Positions 9,348 to 18,212 of a stretch of 32,530 nt of DNA are shown piece by piece. Numbering within the stretch: the first letter of the stretch is position 1; each line of letters begins with the position of its first letter. The DNA is from an uncultured Pleurocapsa sp. Its GTDB lineage: Bacteria; Cyanobacteriota; Cyanobacteriia; Cyanobacteriales; Microcystaceae. The notes below the pieces were generated by a model, which was not told where the DNA came from, ran no database searches, and was given only the letters and a program-made list of their open reading frames with translations. The DNA is taken from NCBI GenBank assembly GCA_964441015.1, contig CAYTUO010000001.1, forward strand, positions 1 through 32,530. Reading direction: 5' to 3'. The translations under genes and the position numbers were made by a program.

Positions 9348-9359
9348 AATTAGCTTTAA

Positions 9360-10142
9360 CTAAGATCGTTGTAAGCGCAAGGCTTCAATAGATTGTGCCG
9401 TGAGAAATATTCCTAGAAAGATATAACTAGCAAACAGGACTATGCTACTGGTATCGAGAATTCCTGTGGTGAAATTATTGTAATGTTCAAACAAAGACAG
9501 ATGAGATAAAGCTTCTCCGAAAACTCCTCCTACCCTGTCAGCAAGAACATCCAAAATCCAAAGAAATAACACGAGAATAAAAGTCAGAATATAAGCCAAA
9601 ATAGCACTTTCCGTGAGAGAAGAAATAAACATTCCTAGAGAAAGAATTGCTGTTGCTAGTATAATCACTCCCGCATTAGCCAATAGAACAATTTGAGGCG
9701 ACATAGGAGGATTTGTTGTGCTAAAAAGAATGGCTTCATAAATCCAGATTGGTGCCATCATTACCGTAAAAAATGTAACAACACCCAAAAGTTTTCCTAG
9801 AGCAACAACCCAATTAGTAATGGGTGAAGTCGCTAGTAATTCTAACGTTCCTCGCTTGCGTTCTTCAGAATAAAGTCCCATCGAAAGTGCAGGTAATAAG
9901 ACTAATAATAGCGAAATCGTCACCCCTAAAAATCCGCCAAGAAACTCATAGGCAATATCGCGAGAAGCCGTGATTCCACTTTGCTCTTGTAAGGCAACAT
10001 CTTGGATGATGTTATATAAAACTAATCCAAAAAAAATACCAGCAATTAACCAAAAAACAGCCGCAATAATATAAGCAAAAGGCGAAGAAAAATAGCCTTG
10101 CAGTTCTTTACGGAGAATAGCGATAATATTAGCAATAATCAT
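9360..10142 (-). CDS. ABC-2 type permease (GldF-like)
   Basis: KEL..YF.SP.AY, EERKRGTLELLATSP, about 6 TM helices. Confidence 0.92.
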   Translation of the reverse strand: MIIANIIAILRKELQGYFSSPFAYIIAAVFWLIAGIFFGLVLYNIIQDVALQEQSGITASRDIAYEFLGGFLGVTISLLLVLLPALSMGLYSEERKRGTLELLATSPITNWVVALGKLLGVVTFFTVMMAPIWIYEAILFSTTNPPMSPQIVLLANAGVIILATAILSLGMFISSLTESAILAYILTFILVLFLWILDVLADRVGGVFGEALSHLSLFEHYNNFTTGILDTSSIVLFASYIFLGIFLTAQSIEALRLQRS

Positions 10143-11113
10143 CAGTCATTAGTTATTAGTTTTTCCTCATCCTTTATAGATTCTTCTGTAATCAGTTCTA
10201 AGAAAACATCTTCAAGGGTAGGACGAGTGCGTTGCATTTCATATAATCCCAGTCCTTGACTAACAATTAAATTAGCAATTTCTCGACCTGGTTCTGAGTC
10301 CGGTTTAGAAGTAATTTGAATTGTAGAACGATTGGTATTATCGACGGGAATGATTTCTACTTCAGATACGCCAGGAAGATTCTCAAGTAACGCTTGTACT
10401 TGGGTAACCTCTCCCTCAACTTCGAGTTTGTATCCAGCACTTCCGGTAAGCTGTGACATGAGACGATCTGGAGTGTCGGTGGCGACAACTTTTCCACGAT
10501 TGATAATAGTGACGCGATCGCACGTCATGCTCACTTCCGGCAGAATATGGGTAGACAGAATAATCGTATGTTGACCGGCCAGACTTTTAATTAGATGGCG
10601 AACCTCAATAATTTGTTTCGGGTCAAGACCCACCGTCGGCTCGTCTAAGATAATAACGGGAGGATCGTGTACGATCGCCTGAGCAATGCCAACTCGCTGC
10701 TTGTACCCTTTAGACAGCTTGCGAATCAAGATTTTACGCTTTTGGGTCAACTGACAGCGCTCTATGGCAGAATTAACTCTTGAAGTGCGATCGCCTGCAC
10801 TAACCCCTTTAATCCGAGCAACAAAAGATAAAAACCCTTCTACTGTCATATCGGGATATAACGGCGGATTTTCCGGTAAATAACCAATGCGTCGCCGTAC
10901 TTCCATCGACTGCTCATGAACATCATACCCGGAAATTCGTGCTGTCCCAGTAGTAGCAGGGATGTACCCCGATAAAATCCGCATGGTCGTGGTTTTTCCT
11001 GCGCCATTTGGCCCGAGAAAACCGAGAATTTCTCCCGTTTCCACAGAAAAATCTACATCTTGGATAGCTGCTGTTGCGCCGTAGATTTTACTTAGATGCT
11101 CGACTTCAATCAT
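10142..11113 (-). CDS. ABC transporter ATP-binding protein (GldA-like)
   Basis: Walker A GPNGAGKTT, signature LSKGYKQR, Walker B ILDEP, H-loop STH; stop overlaps the permease start. Confidence 0.95.
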   Translation of the reverse strand: MIEVEHLSKIYGATAAIQDVDFSVETGEILGFLGPNGAGKTTTMRILSGYIPATTGTARISGYDVHEQSMEVRRRIGYLPENPPLYPDMTVEGFLSFVARIKGVSAGDRTSRVNSAIERCQLTQKRKILIRKLSKGYKQRVGIAQAIVHDPPVIILDEPTVGLDPKQIIEVRHLIKSLAGQHTIILSTHILPEVSMTCDRVTIINRGKVVATDTPDRLMSQLTGSAGYKLEVEGEVTQVQALLENLPGVSEVEIIPVDNTNRSTIQITSKPDSEPGREIANLIVSQGLGLYEMQRTRPTLEDVFLELITEESIKDEEKLITND

Positions 11114-11150
11114 TGTGCGATCGCCAAGGGATAGTGAATCTTTCCGTCCA

Positions 11151-11525
11151 TCAATTATCCCCTAGCATTAGTATATTTGCGGGAAAATCTACTACCAACC
11201 GCCGCGTCCTCAACCACTGCAAACCCAATAAATTATCCGAAAGTCCTATGGTTGCAATGACTGGGATGGTATATTCCTGTTCGTCGAGGATTACTTTTCC
11301 TGCATAGAGAGCAAAAAATTCTTCGCCTCTAGCTGTTTGCATAACATATCTATCCTCCATTAAAGACCATCCTAAACTTTGAATGTCTTGACGATCCATC
11401 GCTAGCCAACCAGTAGTAAACCCTGTATCCAGTAAAACTTCTACTAGAAAACGTTCTCCATCCGCAGCAACAACCTCAATTTCAAAAAATAATTCGCCAA
11501 TCTCGCCAAATTGACCCGAAATCAT
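11151..11525 (-). CDS. Clan AA (retropepsin-like) aspartyl protease
   Basis: Catalytic LLDTGF, flap-like TARG, C-terminal LLGLQWL. Confidence 0.85.
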   Translation of the reverse strand: MISGQFGEIGELFFEIEVVAADGERFLVEVLLDTGFTTGWLAMDRQDIQSLGWSLMEDRYVMQTARGEEFFALYAGKVILDEQEYTIPVIATIGLSDNLLGLQWLRTRRLVVDFPANILMLGDN

Positions 11526-11839
11526 ATTCTGCCGCAGGCTCCAGTTTCATTAAGACGAAAAACACCTACAGTAGTATGAGGATACTTTTGATGAGCTTTT
11601 TGACTTGCTATTTCTGGATTGACATCAATAAAATAATCTCCACTCTCAGGTTCGATAACGATGAACCAGTTGTAGTGATTTTTCAGGAGTTTAGACTTAA
11701 CTTTCTCAAAAATTGGACGACAACGCTTGTAGAAGTTTTCTAGTTCAGCTTGTTCTTTAGCGAGTTCTTCTGGGGGGATAGTGTGTTCTGGGAAAATTCT
11801 ACCCCGACGTGCGGGACGTTGAGAAGATGTAGGATTCAT
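11522..11839 (-). CDS. Hypothetical protein (DUF5678-like partner of aspartyl protease)
   Basis: RRGRIFPE...NWFIVIEPESGDYFID...ETGACGRI; ATGA overlap with the protease. ATG at 11839 preferred over TTG at 11857. Confidence 0.75.
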   Translation of the reverse strand: MNPTSSQRPARRGRIFPEHTIPPEELAKEQAELENFYKRCRPIFEKVKSKLLKNHYNWFIVIEPESGDYFIDVNPEIASQKAHQKYPHTTVGVFRLNETGACGRI

Positions 11840-11878
11840 AGGCGATCGCCAAGTCAATAGTAATTTTATTCTAAAAAG

Positions 11879-12319
11879 TTAGGAGAAAGGTTTAATCCAA
11901 GCACGATAAAGCGCTATATCGAGAGAAAAACGAGCAATTGCAAAACAAAAAACGCTTTCAGTTCCTAAAATACTCAAATTCAAAGTATTTTGACCTAAAT
12001 TTTCGGCGACTTCTAGGGGAGCAAATCCTCGTACTAACCCAAAAGCAAGGACTGCACCATCTTGGAGATGAGAATTGCGATCGCTCCGAATAATATAGCG
12101 ATAAGTGACCCCAAACAAAAAACCGCTCAAAAGCGCGATCGCGACCTTTACCAATAAATCTACCCCAATAGAAGTTTGCAGATGAGCTAGTCTTTCAAAT
12201 CGGACACCTAAAATAAAACTATTGACTAACGTGGCAACAATATATGCCAACCCAAAAGATACCGCCGCTAATACGCCTGCCTTAAGAGATTCTATCCGTT
12301 CTACTATGGAAACTCCCAC
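11879..12319 (-). CDS. Conserved cyanobacterial/plant-type membrane protein
   Basis: ERIESLKAG, LFGVTYRYIIR.D.N.HL..G.V.AFGLVRG; GTG at 12319 with GGAGAGG upstream (ORF extends to 12358). Confidence 0.8.
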   Translation of the reverse strand: MGVSIVERIESLKAGVLAAVSFGLAYIVATLVNSFILGVRFERLAHLQTSIGVDLLVKVAIALLSGFLFGVTYRYIIRSDRNSHLQDGAVLAFGLVRGFAPLEVAENLGQNTLNLSILGTESVFCFAIARFSLDIALYRAWIKPFS

Positions 12320-12407
12320 CAATCGCCTCTCCAAAATCTCACCAAATAGAAGTATCATAATTTCTGTAGTTGTTTGATTACAGTTGTTTTAAAAGATAGA
12401 TACAAAC

Positions 12408-12497
12408 ATGGATATTTTGGCACTAGGTTGGGTTAGCATTCTGGCGCTATTTACTTGGTCAATTGCAATGGTTGTTTGGGGTCGTAACGGTTTCTAG
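12408..12497 (+). CDS. petN: Cytochrome b6f complex subunit 8 (PetN), not in ORF track
   Basis: [29 protein letters not shown] (29 aa), diagnostic VVWGRNG. Confidence 0.97.
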   Translation: MDILALGWVSILALFTWSIAMVVWGRNGF

Positions 12498-12500
12498 AAC

Positions 12501-12644
12501 GTGGAAACAACTTCTGTTCTCAATTTACTTTTTATAGCGGCATTTGCGCTCTTAATTTTGGTTAGCGGCGGCATAATCTATTTGACCACCGTAGAGTGGC
12601 GCGATCGCCGCCGTCAAGACCGAGATAAAAAAAAGAATCGTTAG
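12501..12644 (+). CDS. 47-aa single-pass membrane protein downstream of petN, not in ORF track
   Basis: GTG start 3 bp after the petN stop; METTSVLNLLFIAAFALLILVSGGIIYLTTVEWRDRRRQDRDKKKNR*; TM helix plus GG.IYLT..EWRDRRR motif. Confidence 0.8.
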   Translation: METTSVLNLLFIAAFALLILVSGGIIYLTTVEWRDRRRQDRDKKKNR

Positions 12645-12697
12645 TGATTGGTTAGTGGTTAGTGGCAAGTCCAGGACTACTAACTACTAACTACTAA
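12641..12697. repeat. Heptamer STRR-like tracts (GTTAGTG and ACTAACT units) between convergent genes
   Basis: ttagtgattggttagtggttagtgg ... actactaactactaactactaa. Confidence 0.7.
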
Positions 12698-12856
12698 TCC
12701 CTGAGAATGCGGTTCTAGGTAAAGCTCTATGGCTTCTTGGATATTTGCTAATGCTTCATCGATATTTTCTCCTTCACTGATACAACCAGGCAGTGAAGGG
12801 ACATAGACGGTGTAACCACCTTCGTCACTCGGTTCTAGAACTACCTTGAGCCTCAT
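12680..12856 (-). pseudogene. HicB-family (UPF0150) antitoxin, probably C-terminally truncated; no hicA adjacent
   Basis: MRLKVVLEPSDEGGYTVYVPSLPGCISEGENIDEALANIQEAIELYLE then runs into the STRR tract that supplies the stop. Confidence 0.7.
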
Positions 12857-12880
12857 ACACTTTCTCATAGTAACTACTAA

Positions 12881-14332
12881 CTAACGACAATTATCGCAAT
12901 GACCGCACCTAAATCCAGTTGCTTCTTGAGTAAAACCAAAAGCATTTAGCAAAAACTGCCAGCGACATTGGCGCGTCATTAAATATCGTCTCATAAGCAA
13001 TTGTGACTGCTGCTGAGAGTTAAACTGAGGAGAAAAAGCGCCAGATTTGTGCAAATTTAGCTGATAGTGAAAGGGATCTAACCATGCTAAATGACCTGCA
13101 CTATGCAGCAGAGAAAGCGCCATCTCTCCTCCTGAAAATTGTTGTGCGATCGCGTCTATTTTTCCTTGAGAGGGAATTTTTTTAGCAATTTGTTGTGCTT
13201 GCTGATCTTGTTTTTGCAGGCGATGGAGAAAAAAGCGATCGCGTTGTTTATCGTGAGGATCTAACCATCCTGTCGGTTCGCTTATCAAAGTCAGCGCATC
13301 CATTGGCCTTCCATCCCGTCCTCCTCGACCAACTTCCTGAAGGTATTCTGAAAGAAGAAAAGGCGCTTGAAAATGAATGACCCAGCGAACATCTGACTTA
13401 TTGATCCCCATGCCGAAAGCGCTAGTACAAGCCACGAATTGAATATTTCCTTCTAGCCAACTCGTTTCAATATATCGTCGTTCTTGAGGACTCAATCCCG
13501 CATGATAGGCGGCAGTTCGATAATTTAGCGAGTGCAGCCATTGCGCCAATTCTTCGCTATCTCGACGAGTACGGACATAAATTAATCCCGACTGCTTCTC
13601 TTTCCCCTGAATAAACTTTAACAGTTGATGGCGGCGACATTTTGGACTCCAGACAATCTTGACTTGCAAATTGAGATTATTTCGGTAGGGACTGAGGCGA
13701 AAACAGTCTGGTTGCTGGAGTTGCAGAGTTTTAGTAATAATATTTTGAGAATTGGCATCAGCAGTTGCTGTAAAAGCCGCGATCGCTATTTTCGTATTGG
13801 GCGGTTTAGACTGGAGTAAAGCAGGTCGAACCATTCCCAAACGACGATAGGCAGGCCGAAACGTTTCTCCCCATTGAACGAGGCAATGGGCTTCATCTAA
13901 GATCAAACCATTCAGCTTAAGTTGGGGGTGAGATAGTCTGTCCCAAACCGGAGGACTCAATAACGTTTCTGGAGAAAGATAAAGTAATCGAAGCTTCTCT
14001 GTTTCCAGTTCTTTTAAGGTTTGCCTTCGTTGAGTCCGAGACAACTCATTGTGCAACAAAGCTGCCGCAAGGCGACGTTGGCGCAATTCTTGTACCTGAT
14101 TTTCCATCAAAGCGACCAGTGGGGAAACTACCAGCGTCAACCCAGTTTGTAATAAAGCTGGCAATTGAAAACAAATAGACTTTCCTCCACCCGTTGGCAT
14201 GATAATCAGGGCATCTCTTGAGGATAACAGCGTGCGAATAATCTCTCCTTGAGGCGCACGAAAATCCTCATAACCCCAAATTCGCTGGAAAGCTGTACAG
14301 ACTTGCTGCCAATCGCTAGCAGGATAGTTCAT
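12881..14332 (-). CDS. recQ: ATP-dependent DNA helicase RecQ (short form without HRDC)
   Basis: MPTGGGKSICFQLP, DEAHC..QWG..FRP.Y, TATA, FGMGINK.DVR, QEVGRGGRDG, Zn module CR...CGHCDNC. ATG at 14332 (TTG at 14350 alternative). Confidence 0.93.
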   Translation of the reverse strand: MNYPASDWQQVCTAFQRIWGYEDFRAPQGEIIRTLLSSRDALIIMPTGGGKSICFQLPALLQTGLTLVVSPLVALMENQVQELRQRRLAAALLHNELSRTQRRQTLKELETEKLRLLYLSPETLLSPPVWDRLSHPQLKLNGLILDEAHCLVQWGETFRPAYRRLGMVRPALLQSKPPNTKIAIAAFTATADANSQNIITKTLQLQQPDCFRLSPYRNNLNLQVKIVWSPKCRRHQLLKFIQGKEKQSGLIYVRTRRDSEELAQWLHSLNYRTAAYHAGLSPQERRYIETSWLEGNIQFVACTSAFGMGINKSDVRWVIHFQAPFLLSEYLQEVGRGGRDGRPMDALTLISEPTGWLDPHDKQRDRFFLHRLQKQDQQAQQIAKKIPSQGKIDAIAQQFSGGEMALSLLHSAGHLAWLDPFHYQLNLHKSGAFSPQFNSQQQSQLLMRRYLMTRQCRWQFLLNAFGFTQEATGFRCGHCDNCR

Positions 14333-14436
14333 CAAAATCCTTTGAGACAATGGCTATTATATAGAATGCCTACAGTTGTCCTCAAGGTTAAGGGAAACTT
14401 CGGCTAAAATTTAATAGGCTCAATCCAGGATAAACA

Positions 14437-17004
14437 ATGCCTAATCCCGGAGACATCGTAGGTGGACGTTACCAAATCCTACACGAATTAGGAAGCGGAG
14501 GCTTTGGTACGACCTATCTAGCAAAAGATATGGAACTGCCAAATAAACCTCGGTGCGTTGTTAAACAACTTCAACCCAGGTTTAACAGTCGTGCCTTGTG
14601 GCAAAATGCCAAAGACCGCTTTGTGACAGAAGCGATGGTTTTGCATCGTCTTGGCAACCACGATCAAATTCCTCAGATGATTGCCCACTTAGAAGAAAAT
14701 GATGAATTTTACTTAGTACAGGAATTTATTGACGGGGAAGAACTGAGAAAAGAGGTCAACCGCAAACCGTTTAATGAAGCTCAAACGATTGAACTGCTTA
14801 GAGATGTTCTACAAGTTTTAGATTTCGTTCACCAGCAAGGGGTTATTCACCGCGACATCAAACCCTCTAATTTAATTAGGCGGCGGGCCGATGGCAAAAT
14901 AGTGCTGATCGACTTCGGTGCTGTCAAAGAAATTGGTACCCTGTCTTTTAACGCCGAAACTCAGACATTAATGACTAGCGTAATCGGTACACCCGGTTAC
15001 ATGGCACCCGAACAGCAGAATGGCCGGCCGTTTTTTAGCAGCGATATCTATGCCTTGGGAAGAACCGCTATCTTTTCTCTCACAGGTCAGTCCCCTATCG
15101 AATTAGAAGATACTGAAACGGGCGAACTGTCAACTTGGCAAAAATTTGTCTCTGTCAGTCCGAAACTCGCTGTCATTCTCAACAAAATGATACGTCCCAA
15201 ATACTCAGAACGCTATCATTCTGCGGCTGAGGTGCTGCGCGACTTAGAACCTTTACTCAAAATTGGCCAAACGGTTGGAGGACGCTACAAGATTATTCGG
15301 TTTTTAGGCGGAGGACGCTGGAGTTATACTTACTTAGCAGAAAATTTGTGGAGAAAATACGAATCTCCCTGTGTTATTAAACAACTTAAGTCTCAAGCGA
15401 CTACCGATGCCATCATTCTCCAAGAAGCTGAACGTCGTTTCTCGACCGAATTAGCAGTACTAGAAAGATTGGGCGACCATCCTCAAATCCCAAAGCTGTT
15501 GGATCATTTTGAGGAGAATGGCGAATTTTATCTCGTTCAGGCTTTTATTGATGGGGAGGATCTCTCTCACGAAATCAAACCTGGCAGGCGTTGGAGTGAA
15601 GAAAAAGTTATTGCTCTCCTGAGAGACGTTCTCGAAATATTGGACTTTATCCATAACAACCGAGTCATTCACCGCGATATTAAGCCGTCTAATCTGATTC
15701 GGCGGCGTTCTGATGACAGAATCATACTCATTGATTTCGGAGTGGTTAAAGAAATCGTCAGTGCCCAGTCGGAGCAAAGTGGCTTTAGCATTTCCACCCA
15801 ACCCATCGGAACCGAAGGCTATATGGCTCCCGAACAAATGGCAGGTAGACCGGCTTTTGGGAGCGATATCTATGCGTTGGGGATGACAGCCGTTCAAGCC
15901 TTAACGGGCATATCTCCAGATCAGTTTCAGACCAATCCGCAAACCGGTGAAATCATCTGGCAAGAAGGGATACAAGTCGATCCCAAGCTGACAAGAATCC
16001 TCAATAAAATGATTTGTTTGGATTTAGGCGCTCGCTATCATGTGGCGGCTGATAATTTAAGAGATGTCCTGAAAATTGCCAAAAGAAGCCAACCCTTTGA
16101 AGAGATTCGACTGGAACGCTCGCCAAAGAAATCTTGGATTAAGTATTTGATTATTGTTCCAGGTGGTGTAGGCGCATTTTTGCTTTTTTTGATATATTTT
16201 CTTAAACTCAGCGAGATTGGTTTTCTTTTTAGACAAGCTGATATTAAGTTACGTTCTGAAGATTATGTGACGGCTCTTAATTATTATGAAGAAGGCTTGC
16301 AAAAAGCCCCTTTATTTGCTAAATCTTTGCTCAACTTTGAAAAGGCTTGGATACAAAAAGCATTTGCTTTGAGCGCTTTAAAACGCTATAACGAAATGTT
16401 ACAAGCTTGTGATGAAGCGATAAAACTCAATCAGCAAAGTGTATATGGCTGGATTTGTAAGGGTTCGGCTCTCGATGGCTTAGAAAAATATCAAGAAGCG
16501 ATTCAAGCGTATGCTGAGGCAATTAGCATCGATCCAAGGTCTTTTGAAGCTTGGCACAATCGCGGTCAAGCTTACCTAAAATTAGGGAAAAAAGATGACG
16601 CGATCGCCAACTTTAATCAAGCGGTTCAAGTCGATCCCCAAAAAAGTTTTGTGACTTGGAACGATTTAGGAAAATTATATTATCAAGGCAAGGAATATAC
16701 TAAAGCAGTTGATTCGTATAAAGAAGCGATTAAAGTCAAACCTGACTATTTACCTGCCTGGATTGGATTAGGTAACGTACAAAATTCCCTAAAACAGTAT
16801 AAAGAAGCTATAGACTCCTATAAATCTGCACTAAAAATTGACGATAAATCCTATGAAGCTTGGTATGGAAAGGGAATAGCAGAAGAAGGATTACAACAGT
16901 ACGAAGAAGCTATTGAGTCTTATGAAAGAGCCATCTTTGTTAAGCCAAACTATCAAGCAGCTATTGATGCGCGTCGGCGTGCTATGAGTCAGTTGAAACG
17001 ATAA
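14437..17004 (+). CDS. Ser/Thr protein kinase with two tandem kinase domains, TM helix and TPR repeats
   Basis: Two copies of Gly-loop / V(V/I)KQL / HRDIKPSN / DFG / APE; hydrophobic segment ~aa 570-592; multiple TPRs (AW.N.G.., Y.EAI.SY..A). Confidence 0.93.
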   Translation: MPNPGDIVGGRYQILHELGSGGFGTTYLAKDMELPNKPRCVVKQLQPRFNSRALWQNAKDRFVTEAMVLHRLGNHDQIPQMIAHLEENDEFYLVQEFIDGEELRKEVNRKPFNEAQTIELLRDVLQVLDFVHQQGVIHRDIKPSNLIRRRADGKIVLIDFGAVKEIGTLSFNAETQTLMTSVIGTPGYMAPEQQNGRPFFSSDIYALGRTAIFSLTGQSPIELEDTETGELSTWQKFVSVSPKLAVILNKMIRPKYSERYHSAAEVLRDLEPLLKIGQTVGGRYKIIRFLGGGRWSYTYLAENLWRKYESPCVIKQLKSQATTDAIILQEAERRFSTELAVLERLGDHPQIPKLLDHFEENGEFYLVQAFIDGEDLSHEIKPGRRWSEEKVIALLRDVLEILDFIHNNRVIHRDIKPSNLIRRRSDDRIILIDFGVVKEIVSAQSEQSGFSISTQPIGTEGYMAPEQMAGRPAFGSDIYALGMTAVQALTGISPDQFQTNPQTGEIIWQEGIQVDPKLTRILNKMICLDLGARYHVAADNLRDVLKIAKRSQPFEEIRLERSPKKSWIKYLIIVPGGVGAFLLFLIYFLKLSEIGFLFRQADIKLRSEDYVTALNYYEEGLQKAPLFAKSLLNFEKAWIQKAFALSALKRYNEMLQACDEAIKLNQQSVYGWICKGSALDGLEKYQEAIQAYAEAISIDPRSFEAWHNRGQAYLKLGKKDDAIANFNQAVQVDPQKSFVTWNDLGKLYYQGKEYTKAVDSYKEAIKVKPDYLPAWIGLGNVQNSLKQYKEAIDSYKSALKIDDKSYEAWYGKGIAEEGLQQYEEAIESYERAIFVKPNYQAAIDARRRAMSQLKR

Positions 17005-17013
17005 AGATTAGCC

Positions 17014-17042
17014 GTAGAGACGTTGCACTGCAACGTCTCTAC
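17014..17042. repeat. GTAG-family REP-like palindrome
   Basis: GTAGAGACGTTGCA-C-TGCAACGTCTCTAC, perfect 14-bp inverted repeat just after the kinase stop. Confidence 0.85.
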
Positions 17043-17096
17043 AAGAGTTCAGGAATTTAGGATAAAGGAATTGTTTTTTGGCAAGGCAACTTAAAT

Positions 17097-17930
17097 GTGG
17101 AACAGCTTACCTTAAACCTATCTGGAATTCAGTTGTCTTATTTAGAGTGGAATCGCGGGCGAGAGCCTTTACTTCTCCTGCACGGTTTAGCTGATTGTGC
17201 CTTGGTTTGGTCAAGTTTAGGAGATTATTTAGCGGATAATTATCATATTGTTGCTCCCGATTTACGCGGTCATGGAGATAGCAGTAAGCCAGAAAAAGGT
17301 TATTCTTTTTCCGATTTTATTGCCGATTTAGAAGCTTTGATGCTGCATTTAGGATGGTCTTCGGCTCATGTTTTGGCTCACTCCTGGAGTGCTAAATTAT
17401 TGACGATTTGGGCAACGCAGCATCCCGAAAGATTTCGGAGTTTAACTCTTGTCGATCCCTTTTTTATTGGCAAAATTCCCAGTTGGTTTCAAATAACGTT
17501 TCCAATTTTGTATCGCGTTTTGCCTTTTCTCAAAATCATGAGGTCTTTTTCGAGTTATGAAGAAGCGGAGAAAGTGGCGCGTCAATTAAAACAGTATCGC
17601 GGCTGGACTCCTTTGCAACAGAAAGCTTTTCAAGCCAGCATCGAACAAAAAAAGGATGGAACGTGGAGCAGTAAATTCATCGTGCAAGCTCGTGATCGCA
17701 TTTTCTCAGAAGTTATGCAAGTGTCAGGATTAACGCAAGTGATCAATATTCCAACTCTGTTGATTAAACCCCAAAAAGGACTCAATCGCACTGAATGGCA
17801 ACTCAAACCTTATAAAACTTATTTGAAAAATCTCCAAATTCGAGAAGTGCCAGGCAATCATTGGGCATTTTTAGTCGAACCAGAAACTTTTAATCATGCT
17901 GTAGAAGAATTTTTTAACTTTTATTGTTAA
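17097..17930 (+). CDS. Alpha/beta fold hydrolase
   Basis: LLLHGL, APDLRGHGDS, nucleophile AHSWS, GNHW; GTG start. Confidence 0.9.
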   Translation: MEQLTLNLSGIQLSYLEWNRGREPLLLLHGLADCALVWSSLGDYLADNYHIVAPDLRGHGDSSKPEKGYSFSDFIADLEALMLHLGWSSAHVLAHSWSAKLLTIWATQHPERFRSLTLVDPFFIGKIPSWFQITFPILYRVLPFLKIMRSFSSYEEAEKVARQLKQYRGWTPLQQKAFQASIEQKKDGTWSSKFIVQARDRIFSEVMQVSGLTQVINIPTLLIKPQKGLNRTEWQLKPYKTYLKNLQIREVPGNHWAFLVEPETFNHAVEEFFNFYC

Positions 17931-17966
17931 TTTTTATTTACATTATTAAAGTAAATACTCACAAAT

Positions 17967-17984
17967 TATCTTACCAAATGTAAC
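17967..17984 (-). promoter_or_regulatory. HLR1-like (RpaB) direct repeat upstream of chlH
   Basis: Minus strand GTTACATT-TG-GTAAGATA vs consensus (G/T)TTACA(T/A)(T/A)-N2-repeat; second half has 2 mismatches. Confidence 0.3.
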
Positions 17985-18212
17985 AAAATATTTCTAGATT
18001 TTTATCAAATTGTGTCAAATAGAAGAGTAAACGCTCATTGGGCGGTCTTTTTCTGATACAAACACAGATGAGCAATTTATTGCAGGTCATCGATCGCCAC
18101 CCCGAAGTAGGGGTAAATAGGCAAACACTGCGGTGACTTCGTAAACAGAAAGCGTCGATCCTTTGCCTTTGCCCTATCTACGCAGACCGAATCAGAAGGA
18201 GAATCACCATTT

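Noticed and set aside
12364-12383. CTGTA-N10-TACAG upstream of petN as an NtcA site
   Set aside because: Spacing is GTA-N10-TAC, not the canonical GTA-N8-TAC.
15460-15897. 145-aa antisense ORF within the kinase (and similar ORFs within ffh, Uma2, chlH, aspS, nadK)
   Set aside because: Fully overlap well-supported genes and show no recognisable motifs.
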